Shown here: one piece after another, positions 31,235 through 41,410 of the stretch
Layout: each line of letters starts with the position of its first letter
Position numbering within the stretch: position 1 is the first letter of the stretch
Assembly: GCA_963703315.1 (NCBI GenBank)
Contig: OY969811.1
Span: forward strand, 960,001 to 1,024,000
Length of the DNA stretch: 64,000 nucleotides
From: an uncultured cyanobacterium
GTDB taxonomy: Bacteria > Cyanobacteriota > Cyanobacteriia > Pseudanabaenales > Pseudanabaenaceae
Direction of reading: 5' to 3'
Notes under the pieces: model-generated
What the model was told of the DNA's origin: nothing
The model's database searches: none
The model's input: the letters and a program-made list of their open reading frames with translations, nothing else
Made by a program: the position numbers and the translations under genes

Positions 31235-32230
31235 CCCCGCCACTACATCAAACAACCCCATACAGCCAGCCTCCGCGATCGCATCTTGGTGCGGATGAAA
31301 CATATATTTGCCCGTAAACCGATAGGTCAACTCTAAAATATGACGCTCGGCTGTCCCCATTGTAATTACGTCGGTTTCTTCGCTAGGAGTCATGCTGCGT
31401 CCTGTGCGATAGACCTGAAACATATTGGCATGGACATGAAATGTCGCCACAGGGTCAAACTCAATCATATTAAGGACATATAGGCGCAATAACTGATTTT
31501 GCTGCACTGCGATCGGTTGTTGCATATAGAAATGAGGCAAACCATTGAAGGCATACATCTCATTACGTCCATCCCCATCAATGTCATATCCCGCCATGAT
31601 TAACACCATTTCATCGGCAGGAGGTCGCGGCGTAGGTGGATCGATAATGAACATCCCGTACAAGCCCTTACCAATATGCCGTGTTACTGGTTCCACATGA
31701 CAATGATATAAATGCACACCATAAGGCATTGCATCAAATTCATAAATAGTCGCCGCTCCATTGCGAATCGGCTTTACGCCATCCATCTCTGAGGGGTGTT
31801 CGCCATGAAAATGCAACGAGTGCGAATGTCCTCCCTGATTAGCAAAAGCAATCCTAATGCGATCGCCTTCTGTCGCTCTTAACGTCGGACCTGGTACGCG
31901 ATCATTTACATTCCAAGTAATAAAATCCGTAGAAGCATTTAACTTAACTGTTTTACTTCTAGCAGTTAGTTCAAACTCGCGCACCATGCGCCCATTTTCT
32001 TGAGTAACCTTGCCATAATCAAATTCTCGCAAAGCGGCGATCGGATTGAGTCCACTAGTTTTAATGCGTTCCTGTGAGGCAGCACTAAGATTCATCGGCG
32101 GAATCATTACCTTTTTAGGCGTATTGCTTGCAGATTTATTTGTAACTATGGGACTACAGGCGATCGCGCCTCCCAGCAGTCCCATACTACCAAGACCCCA
32201 CTCTAATATTTTTCTACGCTGCCGATCCAT
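31232..32230 (-). CDS. Two-domain multicopper oxidase, Tat-exported lipoprotein
   Basis: RR signal and AIAC; HSLHFH, YHCH...H, FHVH and FHPH copper motifs. Confidence 0.9.
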   Translation of the reverse strand: MDRQRRKILEWGLGSMGLLGGAIACSPIVTNKSASNTPKKVMIPPMNLSAASQERIKTSGLNPIAALREFDYGKVTQENGRMVREFELTARSKTVKLNASTDFITWNVNDRVPGPTLRATEGDRIRIAFANQGGHSHSLHFHGEHPSEMDGVKPIRNGAATIYEFDAMPYGVHLYHCHVEPVTRHIGKGLYGMFIIDPPTPRPPADEMVLIMAGYDIDGDGRNEMYAFNGLPHFYMQQPIAVQQNQLLRLYVLNMIEFDPVATFHVHANMFQVYRTGRSMTPSEETDVITMGTAERHILELTYRFTGKYMFHPHQDAIAEAGCMGLFDVVAG

Positions 32231-32372
32231 TAACTCTAGCTATTTGCAAATAGTTCTTATTTAGGTTAACAGATTGCATAGGTATTTTAAGAATCTCAAC
32301 GTTTTACAGCGATCACCCTGCAATTGAGCTTTACTCAAGATATAGAAAATTTTTAAATAAGGGTCTAACACT

Positions 32373-33206
32373 ATGGTTCAACAAATTTTATTAGCTGTCG
32401 ATGGTTCAGGGCGATCGCGCGAAATGATGAATATACTTCTAGCCCTGCCGAACTTTCAAAGTTCACAAATCAATATTCTGCACGTTATTCCCAACTCAAC
32501 TACGTCGGAAAGCATCACTGAATATCGCCTTGCAGGTGAAAAGATTATCGACAGAGAAATCAAAAATTTGCGCTTGGCTTCGGGTAATACCACCGTATCC
32601 CTGCTCAAAGAAGGTGAGCCTAAAGATGTTGTTAGCAAAGTTGCCGAAGAATTGAAAGCTGACCTGCTGATTATGGGATCGCGGGGGATGGGTCGTTTAC
32701 AAGCAATTTTGGCAAACTCGGTCAGTCAATATGTTTTCCAACTGTCTGATGTGCCGATGCTCTTGATTAAAGACGACGTATATATCAAAACCATCCGTAG
32801 TGTCATGGTGTCGGTTGATGGCTCGGCTGCTTCTAAAGAAAGCCTCGATCTAGCAATTAAACTTGTTAGTGGTGCTAAGGATGTGGAAATTTTCTTAACA
32901 AGAGTTGTTAAACGCAAGGACGATGCAAATGCCACCACTGACCCTGTTCTCGCAGAAGCTAGCGCGAAACTTAAGCGTCTCAATATTCCAAGCCGATCCT
33001 TTATTGGTGCTGGGGATGTCGGTAAAGAACTTGTGAGACTTGCGGATGAATCTAATGCGAGTTTGCTACTGGTTGGTTCTGCCGATCGCCGTCCTTCGAT
33101 CGCCCGTAACTTACCTGACCTCGATCGCTTATTGGGTGCATCAGTTTCTGACTATGTGCGGGTTAATGCCACTGTTCCCGTGTTGCTAACTCGCACGGTT
33201 GAATAA
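32373..33206 (+). CDS. Universal stress protein (tandem Usp domains)
   Basis: ILLAVDGS and MGSRG.G.L..IL.NSVS; second domain V.VDGS. Confidence 0.9.
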   Translation: MVQQILLAVDGSGRSREMMNILLALPNFQSSQINILHVIPNSTTSESITEYRLAGEKIIDREIKNLRLASGNTTVSLLKEGEPKDVVSKVAEELKADLLIMGSRGMGRLQAILANSVSQYVFQLSDVPMLLIKDDVYIKTIRSVMVSVDGSAASKESLDLAIKLVSGAKDVEIFLTRVVKRKDDANATTDPVLAEASAKLKRLNIPSRSFIGAGDVGKELVRLADESNASLLLVGSADRRPSIARNLPDLDRLLGASVSDYVRVNATVPVLLTRTVE

Positions 33207-33207
33207 A

Positions 33208-33242
33208 AAAATATGTGAGGCGCTTTGCGCCTCACATATTTT
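33208..33242. terminator. Perfect 16-bp hairpin between convergent genes
   Basis: GCGC-TTT-GCGC tip; the right arm overlaps the Uma2 3' end by 11 nt. Confidence 0.7.
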
Positions 33243-33984
33243 CATTAATGCCAAGCGATCGCAGTTTTGCTAACAATAACTCCACCTGTTTTTGTGATTC
33301 ATCAGCCCTTTGACTTTCAGCATCAGCCCTGCGCCTCTCGATACTAGCCATTTGCCTCTCAATCTCGGTTTGTTCCTCAAGACTGAGATAGCGATCGCCG
33401 CGTTCATCAAACCAGCTTAAAACTTCACGCCGCAAAGGATCGGTGGGTAATACACAGCGTCCAATTCCTAAGCCGATCTCTGGCATCCATAGGGGTTCGC
33501 CGATTTGTAATTGGTAAGCTCCATCAACTAATTTATAAACCTCAAAGGGCAAATGTCCATCACGCCGCCAGAACTCAGGATTATAAATCACATAATATTT
33601 CACGCCCAACTTACGATAAATCTCTAGCTTTTCCTCGTACTCATCGTTATAGCTATGAGACACCATTTCCAAAGTCAAGATCGGTGCGGTAAAGTTCTCT
33701 TCCCACATCACATAACTCTTGCGAGACTTTCCGCGCTTACGTCTTTCCACACCTAAGCTCAAGAATCCATCAGGAACTACAGGTACTCTAGGACTTACCC
33801 CTGTATTGTGATATATGCCCATATCCGCGCCAAAGTACCAATCATCGCGACTTTTCCAGATATATTCCAGTAGGAATAGTAGTAAATTGGGTACAAAATT
33901 CTGATCTTCGTTATCCACAGGAATATCATCGGAATCGGGTAATTCGTCACTGGTGGGCAGATGTTGGCGATCTATTTGCAGCAT
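33232..33984 (-). CDS. Uma2 (DUF820) family endonuclease with coiled-coil tail
   Basis: LP.SDD.PVDNE.Q, VPDGFLSLGV and LEMVS. Confidence 0.88.
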   Translation of the reverse strand: MLQIDRQHLPTSDELPDSDDIPVDNEDQNFVPNLLLFLLEYIWKSRDDWYFGADMGIYHNTGVSPRVPVVPDGFLSLGVERRKRGKSRKSYVMWEENFTAPILTLEMVSHSYNDEYEEKLEIYRKLGVKYYVIYNPEFWRRDGHLPFEVYKLVDGAYQLQIGEPLWMPEIGLGIGRCVLPTDPLRREVLSWFDERGDRYLSLEEQTEIERQMASIERRRADAESQRADESQKQVELLLAKLRSLGINENM

Positions 33985-34122
33985 CGGTTAACCCCAAAAG
34001 TATCCTAGCTATTTACTCGTATTATATAGGTATGTATCGGCGGCGCGAAGCGCTGCTTATTTTAGTTAGCTTTGCAGGCATAATCGGAAACTGTGCTTTC
34101 AAAATTTACGTCCTAGCAATTT

Positions 34123-36387
34123 ATGAAATCGCCACAACCCCCTTCCCCACCATCGCAGCCTAAGCCTCCTAAATCTAAGTTGATGACCCAGATTAATCAA
34201 CTGACGCAGGTGGTTAATGGTGTTTTAAAAATTAATCCCAAAGAGCGTGTCCCTAAGTTAGAAGTTCGCCGATCGCAAAAGGATCAGCCCGAAATATATG
34301 ACTTGGTAGGCGATCGCTACATATTAGGACGTAGTACCAGCAAATGCGATATAGTCGTGCAAACGCCCCTTGTCAGCCAAGTTCACGCCCAATTAGTTCG
34401 CGATCGCACCCAAAAGAAAGCCCAGTTTATTCTTCAAGATCAAGACTCAACTAATGGTATTTATCGCAGCAATAAGCAGCGTTTAAAATCCGTGCCATTA
34501 AAGCACAACATGAAAATTACGCTGGGCCCGCCCGAACTCGCGGAAGCTGCCACAATTCGCTATCTCAATCCGCCACCTTGGTATATTCGCACGGTGCAGT
34601 ATACGGGGATTGGTATTGGCGCGATCGCAGGGATGATGATTTTAGCGATCGGTTATGAATTGGGGCGTGTCCCTGATCTCAAGCCTCTACCCGTTACCCA
34701 ACAAGGACCTGTGGAAGTATTGGCTGGTGATGGCGTTAAGCGCCTCGATCCAACGGATATAGCAAATCATACGGAATATGGCAGTTTTGCGGAATTTGGG
34801 AAATTCATTCCCGCCGCCGTGATTGCCTCTGAAGATACTTCTTTTTATTGGAATATTGGGGTTGATCCTGTGGGGGTGGTGCGGGCGATCGTCACCAATG
34901 TTCGCAGTCGCGGTGAGCGCTTAGAAGGTGCTAGTACGATTACGCAGCAATTAGCACGGAATTTGCTAGGCAAAACCTATGTGGGAACCGATGACTCCGC
35001 AGGGCGCAAATGGCGTGAGGCGGCGGCGGCGATCAAACTCACATTTACCTACAACAAGGAAGAGATTCTCCGTTTATATCTCAATCGTGCCTATACAGGT
35101 AATGGGGTGTATGGCTTTAAGGATGCTGCCAAACTATATTTTGGGAAAGAAGCTTCAGAACTAAATCTCTCAGAAGCCGCTACCCTCGTGGGTTTATTAC
35201 CTTCTCCTGAACTAATCAATCCCTTTAAAAATAAGAACTTAGCGATCGAATATCGCGATCGCATTCTCAATCGCATGGCAGAGTTGGGAATGATTACCGA
35301 TAAGGATGCGGATCGAGCAAGGCGATCGGTACTCATTCTCAATGAAGCGGCGAAAACTAAGCTGCAAGGCTCCGTTGCCCCCTATTACTACAGTTATGTC
35401 TTTGAAGAACTGCAAGAGATTCTCGGTGATAACTTTGCCAAGGAAGGCAATGTGATTGTCGAGACTAATCTCGATCTTGCTATGCAAAAGGCTTCCGATG
35501 AGGCACTGCGGGATGCTGTTGCGCGTGATGGTGACAGCTATGGATTTAGTCAAGGGGCGATCGTCACGGTGAATGCTAGCGATGGTTCACTGTTAGCCAT
35601 GACGGGTGGAGTCAATTACCAAGCCAGTCAATTTAATCGCGCCTCCCAAGCCTTGCGCCAACCAGGGTCAACTTTCAAGTTATTTAGCTATGCTGCCGCC
35701 GTCGATCGCGGTATTTCGCCGAGTACTGCTTTTTCTTGTAGTGGCTTCTCTGGGGTTGTTGGCTGTCATAATGGCGGTAGTGGGGCGATCGATATGTATC
35801 GCGGCTTTGCTCTGTCGGAAAACGTGGTGGCGTTACGAGTAGCCGAGAGCGCAGGACTGGATAATGTTGTAAAAATGGCAAAAAACTTAGGGATCACTGC
35901 CAAGCTTGACGCTTCTAGCAATATGGTACTGGGCGGTAATGAGGTGAAAATCTTAGAAATGGCAGGAGCCTACGCTACGGTGGTCAATGAGGGTAAATAC
36001 ATCAAGCCCCATGCGATCAAACGGATTCTCGATAGTGCCGATTGTCAAAATCCTAAAGATCGAAAAACCTGTCGCGTTATTTTTGATGCCAGTACTTTTA
36101 TCAAGCCCCGTCAGGCGATCGATGCAGGGGTGGCAAGTACGATGGTCGATATGATGCGCGGTGTAGTGCAGTATGGTACGGGGCGATCGGCGGCAATTCC
36201 GCAGGGAACTGTGATTGGTAAAACGGGAACTACTGACGAAGGACGCGATCTCTGGTTTATCGGTGCTGTGCCTAGACGCAACCTTGTCACAGCAGTCTGG
36301 CTAGGCAATGATGAAGGGGTAACTAGAGGCTCAAGTGCAGTCGCTGCACAGGTTTGGGGTGATTATATGCGGCAAGCGGTACGCTAG
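34123..36387 (+). CDS. Class A penicillin-binding protein with N-terminal FHA domain
   Basis: FHA (LGR, VS..HA, STNG), TM helix, transglycosylase (SED..F, GASTITQQLARN), transpeptidase STFK/SEN/KTGT. Confidence 0.9.
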   Translation: MKSPQPPSPPSQPKPPKSKLMTQINQLTQVVNGVLKINPKERVPKLEVRRSQKDQPEIYDLVGDRYILGRSTSKCDIVVQTPLVSQVHAQLVRDRTQKKAQFILQDQDSTNGIYRSNKQRLKSVPLKHNMKITLGPPELAEAATIRYLNPPPWYIRTVQYTGIGIGAIAGMMILAIGYELGRVPDLKPLPVTQQGPVEVLAGDGVKRLDPTDIANHTEYGSFAEFGKFIPAAVIASEDTSFYWNIGVDPVGVVRAIVTNVRSRGERLEGASTITQQLARNLLGKTYVGTDDSAGRKWREAAAAIKLTFTYNKEEILRLYLNRAYTGNGVYGFKDAAKLYFGKEASELNLSEAATLVGLLPSPELINPFKNKNLAIEYRDRILNRMAELGMITDKDADRARRSVLILNEAAKTKLQGSVAPYYYSYVFEELQEILGDNFAKEGNVIVETNLDLAMQKASDEALRDAVARDGDSYGFSQGAIVTVNASDGSLLAMTGGVNYQASQFNRASQALRQPGSTFKLFSYAAAVDRGISPSTAFSCSGFSGVVGCHNGGSGAIDMYRGFALSENVVALRVAESAGLDNVVKMAKNLGITAKLDASSNMVLGGNEVKILEMAGAYATVVNEGKYIKPHAIKRILDSADCQNPKDRKTCRVIFDASTFIKPRQAIDAGVASTMVDMMRGVVQYGTGRSAAIPQGTVIGKTGTTDEGRDLWFIGAVPRRNLVTAVWLGNDEGVTRGSSAVAAQVWGDYMRQAVR

Positions 36388-36447
36388 TTAAAGAGAATGG
36401 GTGCGAAGCACCTATTCTCTTAATGTAAAAAGTTTTGCCAAAAGCGC

Positions 36448-36475
36448 TTGACGACTGCCATAGGTGCTGTAGTAT
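36448..36475 (+). promoter_or_regulatory. Possible sigma70-type promoter for HU
   Basis: TTGACG-16 nt-TAGTAT. Confidence 0.35.
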
Positions 36476-36566
36476 TGATTCCGTCTAATTGATTGAAACG
36501 GTGATTTACACCAATCCAATCCTGAAAAATTACGTCTTAATTTCAAGCGACATAGGAGCTACATTT

Positions 36567-36845
36567 GTGAATAAAGGTGAACTAGTAGATGCGATCGCCG
36601 AAAAGGTATCCGTATCCAAGAAGAATATTGAAGTGATCGTTACTGCTGCCCTCGAATCAATTGTTGATGCTGTGGCTGATGGCGATCGCGTTACTTTAGT
36701 TGGCTTTGGTTCGTTCGAGCCTCGCGAACGTCAAGAGCGTGAAGGACGCAACCCTCGCACTGGCGAAAAAATGATCATCGCTGCTACTCGCGTTCCTGCT
36801 TTCTCTGCTGGTAAGCAATTCAAAGAAAAAGTAGTGGAAGAATAG
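36567..36845 (+). CDS. hup: DNA-binding protein HU
   Basis: NKGELVD.IA, V.LVGFGSF and REGRNP.TGE; GTG start with AGGAG RBS. Confidence 0.93.
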   Translation: MNKGELVDAIAEKVSVSKKNIEVIVTAALESIVDAVADGDRVTLVGFGSFEPRERQEREGRNPRTGEKMIIAATRVPAFSAGKQFKEKVVEE

Positions 36846-36887
36846 ACAAATTTATTAAAGTTGCATAAATTGCAATTTCTAAGCATG

Positions 36888-36915
36888 AAAAAGCCTTGCG
36901 ATCGCAAGGCTTTTT
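36888..36915. terminator. Palindromic terminator centred on HIP1
   Basis: AAAAAGCCTTGCGATCGCAAGGCTTTTT followed by a further T. Confidence 0.7.
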
Positions 36916-36975
36916 TACTTTATCTAGATTTTTCTAAGTGTTTATAGTTTCGATCAATATTTGAATATGTTGCTA

Positions 36976-37689
36976 TTAGTCAAATAGTTTTAAAAATTCT
37001 TTGAGTTCACCTAAAGCAGGATGTTCAAAATCCCAAATATGTAGTTTATTTGTCATTACATAATCAAAACCTGACATACTGCATTTTCTCCCAGCCTGCT
37101 CATTCTCCTCACCAATGCAAGTATCAAACCGCAAATAGTTACTAACCCAAAATTTATCGAAATCTTTTTGACTAATTGATTCACTACTAAGTTTTTCTAC
37201 ACAGGTTTTCCATGCTTCAAGACAGTCGGCTTTTGGTGATGGTTGTGATTTAATTGATTTTAGTAATGTTTCTAATTCACCTTTACCGTTGATATTAACA
37301 AAATAGCAAGCTATCTGAAGAGAAAATAGTTTTTGGTCAGATGCAACAAAAGAAATATTTATAAAACTGTTGATTCTTTCAATCTTATCTTGCTGTAATT
37401 GAGGAAAGATGCTTTTAATTGCATTATTTATAAGATCAAACTTTTCTTCTTGAGAATTATCTGCATCTAAAATTATGCCAACCTTAGAGATATCGTTGTT
37501 TTCAGCAGCAGCCTTTATATCTCCTAATTCACCTTTTAGAGAGGATAAACTTAACCCTCCCAAAGTCATATAATCATTATCAGATAGATTTATTTCGAGA
37601 ATCTCTATGTTATGAATATTGAGATAATTTACAAGAGATTGAATAAAGATTTTATCGTTTTTACTTTCAACAATTATACGGTTACTCAC
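36976..37689 (-). CDS. DUF3226-like (TOPRIM-like) protein partnered with an AAA ATPase
   Basis: IIVES.ND, GII.DAD and GELE.LL; GTG start overlaps the upstream stop. Confidence 0.65.
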   Translation of the reverse strand: MSNRIIVESKNDKIFIQSLVNYLNIHNIEILEINLSDNDYMTLGGLSLSSLKGELGDIKAAAENNDISKVGIILDADNSQEEKFDLINNAIKSIFPQLQQDKIERINSFINISFVASDQKLFSLQIACYFVNINGKGELETLLKSIKSQPSPKADCLEAWKTCVEKLSSESISQKDFDKFWVSNYLRFDTCIGEENEQAGRKCSMSGFDYVMTNKLHIWDFEHPALGELKEFLKLFD

Positions 37690-38758
37690 CTCTAACTCTC
37701 CTATCATGAGACAAGCTATATTCAAGCGTTTCTATGTCACGTTTAATACCAATGATCTGCCCAGTTTTAATACTTCGAGCCATCTCAAAATGTGCAGCTA
37801 AATCACTAAATTCACTTTCTAATCCAACTTTAGTAAATGCTGTAAGCATTTCCAAACTATGAGTAGTAGCAAATATTTGTACATTAAATTCTTGGGCTAA
37901 GTGAAATAATACTCTCCATAAACTAGTTTGATTAGTATAGTGAATCCCATTTTCTATTTCGTCTATGAGCAATATATTGCTATTGTTATTAACTATCGAA
38001 AGAATAATAATGGCAATCCTATTAATAGCATCTCCAAATAAAGGCAAAGGTAATCTTTTTTCATTATTGCGCGTTAAATAAAGCATAGGACTTCCTATGC
38101 CAAAATACTCAATTAAATCTATAGATGAATCAACAATCCTCAATCCATTCAACACTTCTTTTTCTCTATAATTAAGCCTAGCTTTATCATATTCATCTGC
38201 GATTTGCTGTTGAGAAAATACAAAACTAGATGGTATGAATGGGATATCATCTTTTCCTAAAGGCTTAAATCCATTTCCTAGAATACCTTGTTTATTAGCT
38301 ATCAACTTACCTTTGAATGTTGTATCTTTGTTGATAACAGATTCTATTTGTATAGCAGATGATCTAGCAGACAAAGAATTTATATGTCTGGTAGTATCAA
38401 TTAAGTTGTTTGATTCTATTAAGTTATCATCATCAATTTCGACAAAAAAACTATTAGTCTGAGCGCTAATAGTTTTAGTATTAGTCTGAATAGAAATTGT
38501 CTTTGATTTATCTTGACTAAAAAACAAATAATCCCAAGCTCTTTCAGGTAAGGTTTTGTCCAACTCTTCAGATTCATGACGATAACCCTTAAGAGATGCT
38601 AGTGTCTCTGGGTACGGAGAGCCGCCTAAAAGTAAAGCTTCTAGAAGTGCTGTTTTGCCTGCGTTATTTTTGCCAGTGATGAGATTGACGGTTTTAAAAC
38701 CAGAGATTGAGGTGTTTTCAAAGCATCTAAAGTTTTGGATTGAGATATCTCTGATCAT
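37682..38758 (-). CDS. AAA_15/AAA_21-type (ABC-like) ATPase
   Basis: I.NFRCF, GKNNAGKT Walker A, LLIDEIENGIH and ATTHS. Confidence 0.88.
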   Translation of the reverse strand: MIRDISIQNFRCFENTSISGFKTVNLITGKNNAGKTALLEALLLGGSPYPETLASLKGYRHESEELDKTLPERAWDYLFFSQDKSKTISIQTNTKTISAQTNSFFVEIDDDNLIESNNLIDTTRHINSLSARSSAIQIESVINKDTTFKGKLIANKQGILGNGFKPLGKDDIPFIPSSFVFSQQQIADEYDKARLNYREKEVLNGLRIVDSSIDLIEYFGIGSPMLYLTRNNEKRLPLPLFGDAINRIAIIILSIVNNNSNILLIDEIENGIHYTNQTSLWRVLFHLAQEFNVQIFATTHSLEMLTAFTKVGLESEFSDLAAHFEMARSIKTGQIIGIKRDIETLEYSLSHDRRVRGE

Positions 38759-38858
38759 GGATTTTATTGCCTAGACATTACAAAATATTTTAATCTGAAA
38801 ACAAGAAAGGGCAGCGCATGGCACTACCCTTTTAATTGCTGGAAATAGCGATCGCAAT

Positions 38859-39299
38859 CTATAGGAAAACCCACATGAGCAATATACCTAAGAGCGAACC
38901 AGCAACAACTTGGGCGGGTGTATGACCTAACAACTCTTTGAGGGGATCATGCTCTTCCTCAAATACTTCCACCATGATTTGATTGAGAACCTTAGCTTGC
39001 TTACCTGCGGCGCGGCGAATACCTGCGGCATCGTACATGACGATAAACGCGAAAACTGTGGCGATCGCAAACTGTGGTGTGTCCCATCCTTGAGTGCGAC
39101 CAATTCCTGTCGCCAATGCCGAAACTAAAGCCGAATGCGAACTAGGCATTCCCCCTGTTTCAAAGATCACCTTCGGTCTGATTTTGCCGAACTGAGCTAA
39201 CTCAATAAATAATTTGAGGATTTGGGCAGTCAGGCTAGAACATAGAGCAATTAGCAGAACTTGGTTATCGAGGATTTCGCCAACAGGATGGATGTTCAT
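38859..39299 (-). CDS. Divergent PAP2 family protein (DUF212)
   Basis: GGMPSSHSA, VMYDA.G.R and LGHTP; downstream of crtE. Confidence 0.9.
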   Translation of the reverse strand: MNIHPVGEILDNQVLLIALCSSLTAQILKLFIELAQFGKIRPKVIFETGGMPSSHSALVSALATGIGRTQGWDTPQFAIATVFAFIVMYDAAGIRRAAGKQAKVLNQIMVEVFEEEHDPLKELLGHTPAQVVAGSLLGILLMWVFL

Positions 39300-39358
39300 A
39301 TCAATTGCAACAGTTATTAGGGTAAGAATTAAGGTAAAAAATAGTTGGAGAATACAGT

Positions 39359-40261
39359 CTAGTTTTTCCGAGCAGTGATGTAATCAGCAAGAGCCATAAG
39401 AGGTAAAGCTGCATCACCATAACTTACCAGTTGAGCTTTTGCCTGTTCTACCAAGTCTTGAGCTTTTTGCTGCGAAACCTCGATTCCCCATAGGCTAGGA
39501 TAAGTAACCTTTTGGGCAGCAAGATCTTTACCAGCAGTTTTGCCAAGCTCTTCAGTAGTAGCAGTGATATCGAGAATGTCATCAATGATTTGAAAAGCTA
39601 AACCGATATTATTAGAATAAGTGGATAAACGCTGAATGTCGGTATCATTTGCACCTGCTAGCAATGCTCCACAGATGACACAGGACTCTAGCAAAGCGGC
39701 TGTTTTATGAAGGTGAATGAAGGTGAGTGTATCCGCAGTCACATCGGGCTTACCCTCACATTCTAAGTCAACTACCTGTCCTCCCACCAAACCCGTCGCC
39801 GCTACTGCATGACCAAGATGGGCGATCGCTTTCAAAACTCTTTCCGCAGGTACACCTTTAGTTTGAGCAGCAATAAATTCAAAGGCATAGGCAAGTAAGG
39901 CATCCCCCGCCAAAATTGCAATATCATCACCATAAACCTTGTGATTAGTCGGCTTGCCGCGTCGAAAATCGTCATTGTCCATCGATGGCAAATCGTCATG
40001 GATTAAGGACATGGTATGTACCATTTCCATCGCACAGGCAGTGGGCATTGCCCAAGAACGATCGCCACCGAGCAGTTCACAGGCGGCAAGACAGAGGATT
40101 GGACGTAAACGCTTGCCACCAGCCATCAGCGAGTAGCGCATGGATTCATAAATTTTTTCGGGATAGGTAACAGCGATCGAAGCATCAAGGGCTGCCTCAA
40201 CCTCCTGCTTGAGATCGCGTAAATACTTATCTAAATTGAATGCGACGGTTGGTGATGGCAT
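39359..40261 (-). CDS. crtE: Geranylgeranyl diphosphate synthase
   Basis: [20 protein letters not shown] and FQI.DDILD. Confidence 0.93.
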   Translation of the reverse strand: MPSPTVAFNLDKYLRDLKQEVEAALDASIAVTYPEKIYESMRYSLMAGGKRLRPILCLAACELLGGDRSWAMPTACAMEMVHTMSLIHDDLPSMDNDDFRRGKPTNHKVYGDDIAILAGDALLAYAFEFIAAQTKGVPAERVLKAIAHLGHAVAATGLVGGQVVDLECEGKPDVTADTLTFIHLHKTAALLESCVICGALLAGANDTDIQRLSTYSNNIGLAFQIIDDILDITATTEELGKTAGKDLAAQKVTYPSLWGIEVSQQKAQDLVEQAKAQLVSYGDAALPLMALADYITARKN

Positions 40262-40360
40262 GGCTTAGCAATAATTTCGACAATAATTTAATGTCAGAAC
40301 TTAGGGCAAAATTTCTGACTACATCCAGAATGTATATTATGCAATGACTTGCGATCTATA

Positions 40361-40417
40361 CCCTAAGATTTTATTGATTTCACCGCCTACGGCGGTGAAA
40401 TCAATAAAATCTTAGGG
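40361..40417. terminator. Perfect 27-bp hairpin at the folD stop
   Basis: GCC-TAC-GGC tip; the right arm includes the last folD codon and stop. Confidence 0.7.
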
Positions 40418-41281
40418 GGTAAAAAACTTTTGCTTGTAGCTCAAAAGGGTGTTGTGTAGAAGCATGGTTACGGTCATAGGACCAACTCCTCCCGGCACAG
40501 GGGTAATGTGGGAGGCAACTTCGCTGACACTGGCATAGTCTACATCGCCTACTAAGCGCGATTTACCTTCATTGTCGGTGATACGGTTAATTCCCACATC
40601 GATAACTACAGCATTAGGCTTGAGCATCTCGGCAGTCACAAATTCAGGTCTACCGATCGCTGCAATTAAAATATCAGCTTTGCGGGTAATTTCGGCAAGA
40701 TTTTTGGTGCAGGAATGGGCGATGGTGACAGTGGCATTTTCTTCGAGTAGCATTAGGGCGACGGGCTTACCCACTAGAATGCTGCGACCGATCACCACGG
40801 CATTTTTGCCAGCAATATCAATTTCGGCTTCGGCTAATAACTCCATCACTCCCGCAGGTGTGCAACTCCGTAAGCCTGATTCACCTCGCGCCAGTTTACC
40901 TAAGTTATTGGGATGCAAACCATCGGCATCTTTGTCAGGATCAAGGCGATTTAAGAGGGCGATCGCATCAAATTTGTCGGGCAAAGGCAACTGAATCAAA
41001 ATGCCATCAACGCGATCATCGGCATTTAATTCATCAATAACTTGCTCTAGTTCAGTTTGCGTAACGCTTGCAGGAAAATGTTTGCCAAAGGAGGCAATCC
41101 CCGCTTTATGACAGGCTGTTTCTTTGTTTTTGACATAGGCGGCACTAGCAGGATTGTCCCCCACCATCAGCACGGCTAGCCCCGGAGGACGACCATACTT
41201 CGGTTGCAATTGCGCGACTTCTTCGGCGATCGCCTTTTGCATTTTTTTTGCAAGGGCTTTGCCATCAATAATTATTGCCAT
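40412..41281 (-). CDS. folD: Methylenetetrahydrofolate dehydrogenase/cyclohydrolase
   Basis: DGIL.QLPLP, GRS.LVGKP and [11 protein letters not shown]. Confidence 0.96.
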   Translation of the reverse strand: MAIIIDGKALAKKMQKAIAEEVAQLQPKYGRPPGLAVLMVGDNPASAAYVKNKETACHKAGIASFGKHFPASVTQTELEQVIDELNADDRVDGILIQLPLPDKFDAIALLNRLDPDKDADGLHPNNLGKLARGESGLRSCTPAGVMELLAEAEIDIAGKNAVVIGRSILVGKPVALMLLEENATVTIAHSCTKNLAEITRKADILIAAIGRPEFVTAEMLKPNAVVIDVGINRITDNEGKSRLVGDVDYASVSEVASHITPVPGGVGPMTVTMLLHNTLLSYKQKFFTP

Positions 41282-41370
41282 AGACTGCTATAAAGTTTTA
41301 CTTTGCGATCGTTACCTACTATCTAAACGATTGTATCCCTTGATGTGAAATGATGGCGATTGCTTAGGAT

Positions 41371-41406
41371 TTAGGTTGATTAATTAGGTTGATTAATTAG
41401 GTTGAT
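41371..41406 (+). repeat. 13-bp tandem repeat (TTAGGTTGATTAA) x2.8
   Basis: Seen directly, just upstream of the lipid kinase start. Confidence 0.85.
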
Positions 41407-41410
41407 AAAC

